A program made the position numbers and the translations under genes. Below the pieces are notes generated by a model. The model made no database searches. It saw only the letters and a program-made list of their open reading frames with translations, and had not been told where the DNA came from. From Nymphaea colorata (Eukaryota), in assembly GCF_008831285.2 (NCBI RefSeq), contig NC_045138.2, forward strand, positions 4,960,001 through 5,024,000: a DNA stretch of 64,000 nucleotides. Direction: 5' to 3'. Below are positions 42,701 through 53,400 of this stretch, piece by piece. Numbering within the stretch: the stretch's first letter is position 1; each line of letters opens with the position of its first letter.

Positions 42701-43173
42701 GTTGCCTATTGCAAACTTACATATGACGCCGTATGAAAAGCTCTTACTGAGCCACGATTCATGAGCTTAAGGAACAAGCTCAATCTTGTTGACATCAAGA
42801 TTAGCTTGAAGGGGGATGATAAGATCTACGGTTGCGGTTACACATGAAAGGATACGGTCAGTTGCAAAGGAAAGGATATACTGGACATTGTTTTCAAAAA
42901 TCAAGAGTCATCCAAAACTGACCAATCTTCTTTAGATAAGAAAAAAATCATTTTCCCTATCAACTCTTGTAATCGAGCCCAAATCTGTCGTGTGAATCTA
43001 GATCCTAAAATCAAGGATCTCAAATGTATAAAGTGACTATAAATATATGTACTCTCTAGTGGCAATACAAAATATAGAAGAGAGAGTCTTCTATGTGGAC
43101 GTTGGCTGATTTTAGCCGAACCACGTTACATTTGTGTGTTTCTCTTAAGTTGGTGTGTGCTCTTTTTTTAACT
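39742..43173 (+). mobile_element. Decayed, internally deleted Ty1/Copia LTR retrotransposon
   Basis: LTRs about 39742-40088 and 42817-43173; PBS-like TGGTAT after the 5' LTR; polypurine tract gaaggggga before the 3' LTR; flanks gaaac/taaac. Broken gag (SVKLDRSNYLL*; CHYCGKRNH knuckle), protease (WYLDKGASHHVT) and integrase (ADLWGSAP, IVDDYS). RT is absent. Confidence 0.9.
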
Positions 43174-44453
43174 TAAACCAGGGCTTGGACTCAGCTTGAC
43201 ATTTAAAACTCAAGGCCGATTCGGGCCCAAGCTTGATTAAATTAAAAAAAATATATTAATATAAATATTGTATAAATATAATTAACTGTAATAAAATATT
43301 ATAATTATATAGATATATATTAATAAAATATGTATTAAACAAATCTTATTGAGCAAAATCTGGGCAGCCTGATAAGTTATCCGGCCTTTCCTTTTTTTCG
43401 GGCTCAAGTTTGGGCACGAATCGGGTCGGGTACCCAACCAGACGTCCAACTTTAACAAACAAACATGAAACTTTGGTGCTGGGAGTTTCAGGGCCATTAT
43501 ATAATTTTTAGTATTGCATTATAGCTTCACTTGTTCAAGTAGAACTATAATGTTGGAAGAAAATGTTTAACTTTTCAACCTCCCGAACTAAAAGTTCCAT
43601 GAAATCAAACAAAAAGAAGTAAATGATAAGTAGGATAAAAATTCCACCAAAAGAGGACTTAGTACTAAGTACCCAACAATTTTAATCCTCGGTTTTTAGT
43701 TCCTGGTACTCAAATGTTACTCAAGGATTGGGTGGACTTAATTGGTCAAGAGTCTGGCAGGTGGCCCATCGTTGGTCTAAATCTTAGAAACCTTACTATT
43801 TGGAAGACTAAGAGAAAGCAAATGACAAAGTCTTAAAAAAAAACAAAAAAAGAAAAACAAACGAGGAACTTAAGTATGTTAACCCATGAATGTTAGTGCC
43901 AATTTTTTGCAATGCCATCAATAGTAGTCACATCAAATCGATAGATCCAAATTCGAAAGTAATTAAACACCTCCTAAATGTAAGTTATCCGTAACTTAAC
44001 TTGAATTAATAAGACAATAAGTAAACTTTTAGCGTAAATAAATTTCACGTTTTTTAGTTTGCATTGTGAACTTTGTTCATTAGTCATCAAAAAATTAAAC
44101 GTGTTTTTAATAATATTAAGAAATTAGATGTGTTATTGATCATCTCCTAATCTTCGGTGACGTTTGATTTTTTTGAAAAAGACAATTAGGTGCATCTCAT
44201 ACGGTAAAAACCATATCTTGAAAGCCGCTCTTGTGCTTCATTCTCAAAGCTCCCGCCACGCCATCCATCTCCAAGATGGACGGCAAGGTCCATGGTTGGC
44301 CAAGCCAAACAGCAGGAACAGATAGGAGAAGCCTAGCCGCCCAAGACCTGGCCTCAATCATTTATCCAAAAGAGAATTTTCGATCTTCTTTCACTTCCTT
44401 TAATTGCAGGAGAAGGAGAGAAGAACAAAGGCGCCCAATTGATTACCACCAAC

Positions 44454-44897
44454 ATGGTAGAGAAGAACCGAGAGAGAAGAGACATACCCATAAAGGGGAA
44501 GCCTCCAATCAAGGATCAGGAATGGAGGAAAGCCATGTTCTTCTTGAGCAAAGGCCCGTCCTCCACACTGCAGTTCTTGGACGACAACACCAAGGCCATG
44601 CTCTTTGCCTACAAGTCACAGGCCATAGATGGCCCCTGCACGCCCCTGCATCTCTCCATGTGCCCATCTGACCATAGCTTCATGGCGATGCAGCAGGCGT
44701 GGCTGGCACTTGGGGACATGCCCAAGGAGCAAGCCAGGGAAGAGTTCATCAATCTCCTGACCTCTCTGTTGCCGGATTGGAGAGATTGGTCTGATAAGAA
44801 TGCAGATTTGGCGTGCTTCGATGGAGACGGTGGGGAGGTGGGGAGGATCATGAAGAGGTTTCACAGCAAAGGGGTGCACTTTATGGCTAAGATGTAG
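44454..44897 (+). CDS. Divergent acyl-CoA-binding (ACB) domain protein, 147 aa, uninterrupted ORF, C-terminal AKM (PTS1-like)
   Basis: aacATGg start context and GC-rich coding bias. The segments LDDNTKAMLFAYKSQAIDGPC and MAMQQAWLALGDMPKEQAREEFINLLTSLLPDW align by eye with the ACB consensus LYGLYKQATxGPC...RAKWDAWxxLGDMSKEEAMxxYIxLV...PxW. A strong acceptor (polypyrimidine-ttgcag) at 44409 could indicate an upstream exon. Confidence 0.75.
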   Translation: MVEKNRERRDIPIKGKPPIKDQEWRKAMFFLSKGPSSTLQFLDDNTKAMLFAYKSQAIDGPCTPLHLSMCPSDHSFMAMQQAWLALGDMPKEQAREEFINLLTSLLPDWRDWSDKNADLACFDGDGGEVGRIMKRFHSKGVHFMAKM

Positions 44898-46410
44898 AGT
44901 TTGGTCGTTGAATTTTTAGGGTTTGGGGGAGTTGGTACTCGTTAATACAGAGTCTGCAGTGTATATGCGTTCTGTTCTAGTTTCATGGCCGACGATATGG
45001 TGTTATTTGGTAGTATTGTACACAATGGAATGAAGTGATAATTTATTGGTAAACATGTTGGTAGTATTTTACTGAACCTTGGATTTTATGAATGCATCAA
45101 GCTCTGAATCGCTCTATATTCAATTGAGGTTTTTGTTGATTCTGCGTTCGTTCTGGATGTGTTTAACTAAATTAATAGTGCGATCGATCAGATGGAAGAG
45201 GGGCTTTCTGAAGAACCTTAATGTATTGGTCTTGATTGGATTTTGAACTTCGATTTCGACAGTTTTATGCGTTGCATAATTGATTGCTTATTGTTGTTCA
45301 GTTGAATACCTTTTGTTGTGAATGGGAAAGGTGGATGGTCGGAGGCAAACTTTGAACTGTCAATATAATTTGATCTTGTGGAGGGCTTCTCATTATTCAT
45401 GTGCCTTATTGTTAGTATCATTAACTTTGCATGCGTTTTCTGGCTTCTTTTTGCACCAGTTTCATATTAAATTTATGTGCATATCTTTAGGCAGATTCTG
45501 ACCGCAAAGTATCAATGCTTTTAGCTACTAGCAAGAATCATACGACACATGATGTATGGTGGATGATATTGAGGAAGTACTGAGAGAATGAAGAGATGTT
45601 TCTGTTGGAGATTGCACTAAGTCTTAACAGGATGATGGTATGATTTTTCTGTTTGCCAAAAATTTCACTCGGCAATTGCTGCGACTTTCCTGCAGAAGAT
45701 TTTAAAGATTGAAGAGGCGTTCCTACATTTTTAGTTGTCTAATTTCTTAACTAAGGATAGAACTTATACCAAATGGATGTGGTGGCAGAAACAGAGATTT
45801 GATTATATGGAGTTAGTAAATGCTTGAGTCAAAATGGGGAATCCTTGTTACATAACATTTTGATTGGAACAGAGTGAATGCCTGGCAATCTGTTTCTGTA
45901 TCTCAGAACAGCTAATCTCTGTTCTGCTTAGATTAATCAATCAGCCTTTTTATTCCAATCTTGGCATTCGGCATCAGGAAGGAAAACAAGATGTTAGTTG
46001 CAAAATCAACCTTAAATATTGAAATTTATTCTAGTGTTGATGAGTAGGTAGATAAAATATTTCATTGTACCGCTACCAAGAGGGTCGAACCCTCTACCCT
46101 TCCACCATCTTTGGTGTGTTTTGTGGTAACACCTTTACTATACTTCAACTTTCATATCTGCACCCCATCTTTTTATAGCAAAGGAAGTTGATGTCCTAAA
46201 CATTCTAAATGAAAATTGATTGTCCATTTTATTGTGTTATTCCTTTCCTAGGCTGTCATCCTATCCAAAAGAAATGAAGTTTTCATAAATGACTAAAGAG
46301 TATGGAGTGAAAATAAATTATGGAGAAACTACCCCGAAACCGAAGGCTGTGGCAAGGTAGTTCATCTCCTACAAGGGCTCGTGTTCGAATCATTGAGTGA
46401 CCACTGTCAT

Positions 46411-46876
46411 TAGGGATGAACACAAGCCGAGTCGAGCTTGAATTCAGTTAGCTCGAACTTGGCTCGACTAATGAAATCTTGAGCTCGAGCTTGGCCGCAG
46501 TTCAAGCTTGACTCAACAGACAAACTCGTTTGAATATATGGACTATTACTTTGCCATAAATCGAGGTTGACTTGATTAAAGCTGGACAAACTTGAATGAG
46601 TTTTTGTAAAAACTTATATAATTACTTAACATCAATATACCGGTTTTAAAATTTAAAAAATGAGTCAAATATTTTAAAAATCGCTACACATCATTTTTTA
46701 GCCAAGTCGTGTTTTAACAATTGAGTTTAGTAAACTCAAACTCAACTCGATTATTTGAACAAGTCAACTCATAAACTCGAGCTCGACTCGTTAAGCAAAT
46801 GATTCGATTCAAACCCTTTCACCAACCGAGCTTTAACGAGTCGAGCTTGAGTAGCTTGTCTGATTGTTCAGACCTA
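46411..46876. mobile_element. hAT-type MITE about 570 bp upstream of the TOPBP1 ATG
   Basis: Starts TAGGGATGAAC, close to the maize Ac TIR (T/C)AGGGATGAAA; ends gttcagaccta; perfect 8-bp TSD ACTGTCAT. Confidence 0.9.
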
Positions 46877-47294
46877 ACTGTCATGTCCTAGTGTGTTTTT
46901 TATGTGCGGGAAGCACCTTTTTTTTTGTTTCTCATAATTTTTACATTTCATAGTCTATTTTTAAAATTTTTATTGTTTATTCTTTCTGTCGACAAGCTGA
47001 CATATGTTGAAAAAATATTTTTACAAGAAAATGAGACCGGTTTTTCCAACTTTTTTTTATCTGATTCTCTCACCTTTTTCTTGTAATTGATGACTCTTTG
47101 AGTATTAGGCTGATTCTACTTATATCTCGTTTGTGTACTTTTAGTTGTATTGTTTAAAATATTTTTTTAATAAAAAAACAAAGTAGATCGATGTGGGACG
47201 TATCGGCTAAGAAATGATACGCACTCGAACCTGTATCAAAACCCGCGCGAACCACCGACCACGGTCATTTTGGATGTTAAGAGATCCCAAGGCT

Positions 47295-47329
47295 TTTCCC
47301 GCCAACGTTTACGACGGAGAAATTCCCGC
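47295..47329 (+). promoter_or_regulatory. E2F binding sites upstream of TOPBP1
   Basis: TTTCCCGCC (47295-47303) and ATTCCCGC (47322-47329) match the plant E2F consensus WTTSSCSS, 120-150 bp before the ATG. A telo-box AAACCCTAA lies at 47652-47660 in intron 1. Confidence 0.7.
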
Positions 47330-47447
47330 TCTTCCTCCTCCACTCCCCTTCTTCTTCTTCTCTCCTCATCTGCCAGATCCGACGACTTCAGGGCAGCTGC
47401 AGGATCACACTCGGAGGCGGATCCCAACGGAAAGGAGGTCTTGCGGA

Positions 47448-50400
47448 ATGGCGTTCGAGGGGGCGAACGTCTTCCTGTCGAGGAGCCTCGTGGCCCCCGA
47501 AGTCTTCGATGCCGTCCACGACGCCCTACGGTCCAACGGCGCCCGCGTCGCCCTCTGCTGTGACCCCTCGCGCAACTCTCCCGACGATTACCACGTCGTC
47601 TCCTCATCCCTTCACGTAAGTCTCATTCTCTCTCTATCCACACCGACACCTAAACCCTAATTTTTCTTCTTATTTCCCCCCTTCCTCTGGGCCGTTTGTT
47701 TGATGGTTCTCTCGCTATCTCTGGTTTTATTTCCGTTCAGGAGAAATTCGAGGTGCTCCGCAGGAATGGATGCACTCTGGTAGGTGAGTTCGCTTTTTCT
47801 GTTACTGGAGTTCCCTTTTATTTTTGAACCTCATAGTTGTGATCACGTGGGGATCATCTGGATTTCTTGTTTGAAAAGCTTAAAGGTCTGTAATGACGTT
47901 GACCGCGGTTGAATTTCTCGGTCAGTATCACTAGTAGGGTTATTTTTTGTTAGATTAGAGCACTTAGCTGATTTGCACGTGCACGTGTGTTGCTCTCTTT
48001 GCTGCCTAAGTTGATAAACAAAATTCTAGAACGAGGAAATCTGATTTCCTCGTTTGTGTTGGAAAGTGGGAGAAGCTGGAAGATGGCATTCGACCGTAAT
48101 GCTACTCCAAATTAATCAGTTGGTCCGTTAAATCCCACTCTCCAAAATGCTGATTAGTTTTCCAGATTGGTTCACTCTTCATGTTTTATCTTGAATGTTT
48201 GAATTGATCTTGCGATAGACGACGGCAGACAGTTCAAGTTAGAAAGTTTGAATTCTTGTAATATTTGTTGGCAGGTCCAGAATGTGTTCTGTCCTGCGCT
48301 AAGGAGCGTAGGTCCTTACCAAAACAGGGCTATACTTGTTGCTTTGCAATGGATGGGGCGAAGGTGCTTGCGTCTGGCTTTGATCAAGAGGAGAAGGTAC
48401 TCGTACTATTGTAAAATTTTATATTCTGGTAGCGTGAAAATTTTTGTAGTGTGTCTGTTGTTATCAGAAGCCTTGTCTCTGAACCACAAGTGGTCGTCTC
48501 TGTGAGCCCCAATTTCTGCATCTTTAGTCCATGTGGAGCTAAACTCTTTCATCACAATATCTAGTTACATGGTTACGAGCACATAAAGTACTTATGTGCA
48601 CGAAAACAGGAACAGTATTGTTGTTCTATCAAGATCAGATGGACAGATCAATATGGACCACTTTGTAACTCTTGTTTTATGTTGTAAGTGTTACAGGATA
48701 AAATCGACATGATGGTGACTGCAATGTCCGGTGTTTTGCTTGCAAAAGTTTCACTAGATATCAGCTTTGTCATTGTGAAGGATGTTTTGGCTGCAAAATA
48801 TAAGGTGTGATGCAGTAATTTTTATACCGATACCATATGTTTTAGTTCTATTGCATCTATTGTGGAATTCTGGTTGTCTTCAACGGTTGTGACTTTGGAA
48901 TTTCCTTTTCCCTGCTTATCTAGTTTTTTGTTTTTAATATGAAGTGTTGGTCATTTTCAGCCATTCTTAATCTTGAACTCTTCTTCCATGGGAAGTTACT
49001 TGTCCACCCTTGAGGCTGTAGTTTTGTTCTTTTGAATCTATACATGCTTGTATTGTATGTTTGGAACCTCCCCAGCAATATCATGACATGATGACTTTTG
49101 ATTAACTGGGTATTCTATCTTGTTTGATTTGATATTTATTTTTTCCATAATGTTACATTTGTCTTATTTGCTTGGGTCGCTACACAAATTATGGAAATTG
49201 TTACAAACCTTCACTTTTGTCAAATTCTTTCATTTGCATAAATGTCTGTAGAGGCTTGAGATTTGAGAATGTTACTGATTTTTTTGTGAATCTAATGAAT
49301 TTCTATTGGATATCTATTTTTTCCTGAATTTTAAAACAAGACTTTGTCTTCTTACATTTGTCTTATTTGCTTGGGTCACTACAACAATTATGGAAATTGT
49401 TACAAACCTTCACTTTTGTCAAATTCTTTCATTTGCATAAATGTCTGTAGAGGCTTGAGATTTGAGAATGTTACTGATTTTTATGTGAATTTAATGAATT
49501 TCTATTGGATATCTATTTTTTCCTGAATTTTATAACAAGACTTTGTCTTCTTTTCTAAGTTTTTGCACCATTGCTAAGAGGCACTTGTTTCCTATTTGGT
49601 GGGATGCCAAGAGCTAGAGGTGTCCATGAAACAGGAAAAAGACGCACGGCCTTGAGACTAGGGCTGGGCAATAGGTCAGGTCGGGCTGGCTTGTTTGCTA
49701 ATTTATGAAGGCTTTGCCGACCCTAAGGGCCCGAGCGTATGACACATGGGTGGTTTTAAACAATTGTTTGCACCTGTGTCACATCCATGTCGATGCTGGT
49801 GCTTGCACTGATGCTTTTTCGACATAGCACATGCATGCAGTCAACTAAATCGGGCCAAAACTGACCATTTTAAATGCACATTTGAGTAAACTATTTCTAA
49901 TACAAAAAGTTTATATGTGAATATAAATAATTAAGACTCCTAAACAATTAAATAACTATATTACAAATGATATATACACATTGGAAACGGCGGACTCCCA
50001 AAGCAGCGAACGATGCTGCCGAGTTTGGAGTTTGAAGCTATATCGGTCGCTCAAATCAGTTGACAACTTTGAAGCAGCTAACGATGACCCAAATCAGCCA
50101 ACGTTTGCCAGAAAATATCGCCAGATGTCGGAAATAGTTGCCGGAGGTTGCCGTAGGAAATAGCCACGGGAGATGGCCATGTTCCTCCTCGACAAAATCT
50201 GGTAGAGCAAGAGCCCTCGAAGAGTGGACGGCTTGGTTTTGTCCTTTTTGATATGTTGCAGCAAACCAAAAAAACCCTAATTATCGGATGAAAATGGACT
50301 TGGTCAAGTTTTTGGATGGATATGAACTTGGGTACGTTGATTGTGCCCGGTACCTATTGACTCACACTGAGGCCTTGTTCGATGTTGTACTTGCACCTGT

Positions 50401-53400
50401 ACCGATGTCACAGCCGACCGGTGTGGCGCTTCACCAAATATGTGGTACTCGTGTTACATAGATTGTCTACTATATTAAAGTGGATTACGTAGTTTGGAAT
50501 GAAAACTCAATGTTTGTATCATAATATAGCTGTTACAGCCAGCTGTCTTAGAGAGAGAATCATCTTATTAACTAACCGCAATCTCACTAATAAAGAGATT
50601 GGGGCAACGGTAGAGACTTACAAATAACATCAACCAAAAGTAGAGAAATGTTTAAAGAGAACTTCTAACTATTAAATATTGCAAATGACCACCTAGAAAC
50701 TTAAAGTCTTTTAATTTAACACTCCCCCTCAAGCTGGAACATACATATTAAATATGCTCAGCTTGTCACAACATCTAGAGAAATCACCAATAGGAAGTGC
50801 TTTGGTGAAGACATTTGTAGTTTGATCTTTAGATGATACATGAATGGTGGCTATGGTTTCTCCTTGAACAAGGTCCCGAATGTAATGACAGTCCACTTCA
50901 ATATGTTTAATTCTCTTATGAAATACTAGATTGTTTGCAATGTATGTGGTTGCCTTATTGTCACAATACATTCTCGTGGGAAGAAGAATTGACACACTTA
51001 GGCTAGATAACATGGATTTATCCCAAGTCATTTTAGCGGCAGTTTGAGCTATAGCCCTATACTCAGATTCTGCACTAGATGTTTACACCACACCTTGCTT
51101 TTGGCTTGTCCAGGATAGAAGGTTGCCTTCTACAAATACACAGACTCATGTGGTAGACTTCCTGTATTCAACTGAGCCAGCATAGACAACATCACTATAG
51201 ACTTCCATTTCCAAGGTCTTGCCTTTTGTGAACACCATTAATGTTGCATTCCAATGAACTTTGCTAGGTCTTTCCATGAATTGACTCAGCTTCCCTATTG
51301 CAAAACTAATGTCTTGTTTGGTAATAGTAACATAACGCAGCTTCCCAATAAGGGATCTATATGATCGAGAGTCTACTAAATTTTGATTGGTCATCATAAG
51401 ATGTATGCGTGGATTCATGGGTAGAGTGGCTGGTTAGCTCCTAGCATCCCGGTGTCCTGCAATAAATCAAGATCATACTTCTGTTGGGATAGACCTATAC
51501 CTTCGTTGTTGTGAGCAACCTCTATTCCCAAGAAATATCGTAGTTGACCTAGATTTTTCATTACAAAGTGTTTTTGGAGAAACAACTTTGTATCAGAAAT
51601 TTTTTGATCAGAGTCACCTATCCTATCAGGATAATATTATCAACATAAACTACTAAAATGGTCATACCCTTAGAATTCTTTTTGATAAACAAAGAATGAT
51701 AGAGAGAGGGTCTCGCAAAGCCACACGTTGAGATCACCTCAGAGAACTTGTGGAATAACGCACGAGGACTTTGTTTGAGTCCATATATAGCCTTCTTCAG
51801 TTTGCACACTTTTCCACACTTTCCCTATCATTCAAACCCTGGTGACTATTGCATATAGACAATCTCATCGAGACCACCATACAAAAAGACATTTTTGACA
51901 TCACGCTGATACATGAGTCAGTCATGGTATACAACCATAGTTATGGTTCTCAGTTGGACAATAAGAGAAAAAATATCAAAGAAATCAACACCATAGGTTT
52001 GCGTGTAGCTCTTGGCAACCAACCTAGCTTTGTTTCTTTCCATAGAACGATGAATACCCACTTGGAGCCAACAATGTCACAATCAGGAGGAGGATTAACA
52101 AGTTCCAAGATGCCCCACTGAACCAAGACATCCATCTCATCTTGCATAGTTTGTCTCTACTGAGTATCTAATAAAGTCTATCGGTGACAAGTAGGAATTG
52201 CATGGACAGTCAAAGCTTGAATAAATTGTTGCATACTTTTACCAACATCGTTAGTAGAAGCAAAATGAGAAATGGGATGCAAAGTACATTGTCACTTGCC
52301 TTTGCAAATAACAATAGGTAAGTCTTGATAGGGATCAAATATATCTATAGTGGGCTTGGATGGACTATGTATACTCACCTCAGATGTACTTACCTCCTAA
52401 GAAGAAGTTGGAGAATGATCATGAGAGGGGTCTTGTCGATTGGAGACACCAGAAGAAGACTCACATGGGAATGACTCCAATGTATTGGGAGGGATAGGTA
52501 GTGGTTTGGATGCTCGTGACATCTCAATAGAGGTAGGAGAGAAACTATAATAAGGCTGAGAATCAAAGAATGTGACATCCACATTGATATGCTCTTTTTG
52601 AGTCATGAGGTCAAAACATTTGTAACTTTTATGATTTGTAGTCAACAAAGATATACTTAATTGCTTGAGCGACCACACGTGTAGGCCCAAGGATGTGAAC
52701 AAAAATGTGCAACCAAATATCTTGGGAGCGATTGGAAACAAGGGTTGTTGTGGGTACACAATTTTAATGGAAACTTGGTTGTCGATGGAGGATAAGAGTA
52801 AACGGTTGGTCAAGTAACAGACAGTGAGGATGACATCTCCCAAAAAATATGCAGGTAAATGAGTATGAAGCATTAAGGAACGTGTCACATTTAAAAGTTG
52901 GCGATGTTTTCGCTCAACTACTCCATTTTGCTGGGAGGTATGAGGACAAGTAAACTGAGGGAAATGCTATCCAGAGTAAAATTTCATTAAGGTAGATGCC
53001 TTGAACTCAAGAGCGTTATCAATGCGAATGCTTTTAACAAGAATACCAAACTGAATCTTTATTTCAATAATAAGGTTCTTGAGAGTACATATGACTTCAG
53101 ACTTTTCTTTCGAAAGGAAAACCCAAGTGGCTTGAGAATAATCATTAATGACAAGAAAATAACAAAATCTAGACCTACTAACAACTCTGCTAGGACCCCA
53201 CACATCAACATGAAGAAGATCAAATAGTGCACAACTGGACAAACTAAGACTTGAAGAATAACTGCCATCAGTGTGCTTGCCAAGTTGATAGGCTTTACAT
53301 TGGAATGACTCTGGTACTGATAGATGAGGAAGTAGGTGATAGATGGATGGCCTAGTCGGCTACGCCACTAAAGGGAGAAGGATAATGAAGACGAGGAGCT

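Noticed and set aside
44276..44409. Possible upstream mini-exon ATG GAC G spliced via a GC donor to the acceptor at 44409, extending the ACB-like protein
   Set aside because: The frame would fit, but the GC donor context is weak; it cannot be supported without transcript data.
46340..46402. B-box-like GTTCGAAT suggesting a tRNA gene
   Set aside because: No cloverleaf can be formed; at most a decayed SINE head interrupted by the hAT MITE.
47214..47447. In-frame upstream ATG extending TOPBP1 by 78 aa
   Set aside because: The extension spans the E2F sites and a CT-rich leader. The conserved N-terminus begins at 47448, so this ATG probably lies upstream of the transcription start.
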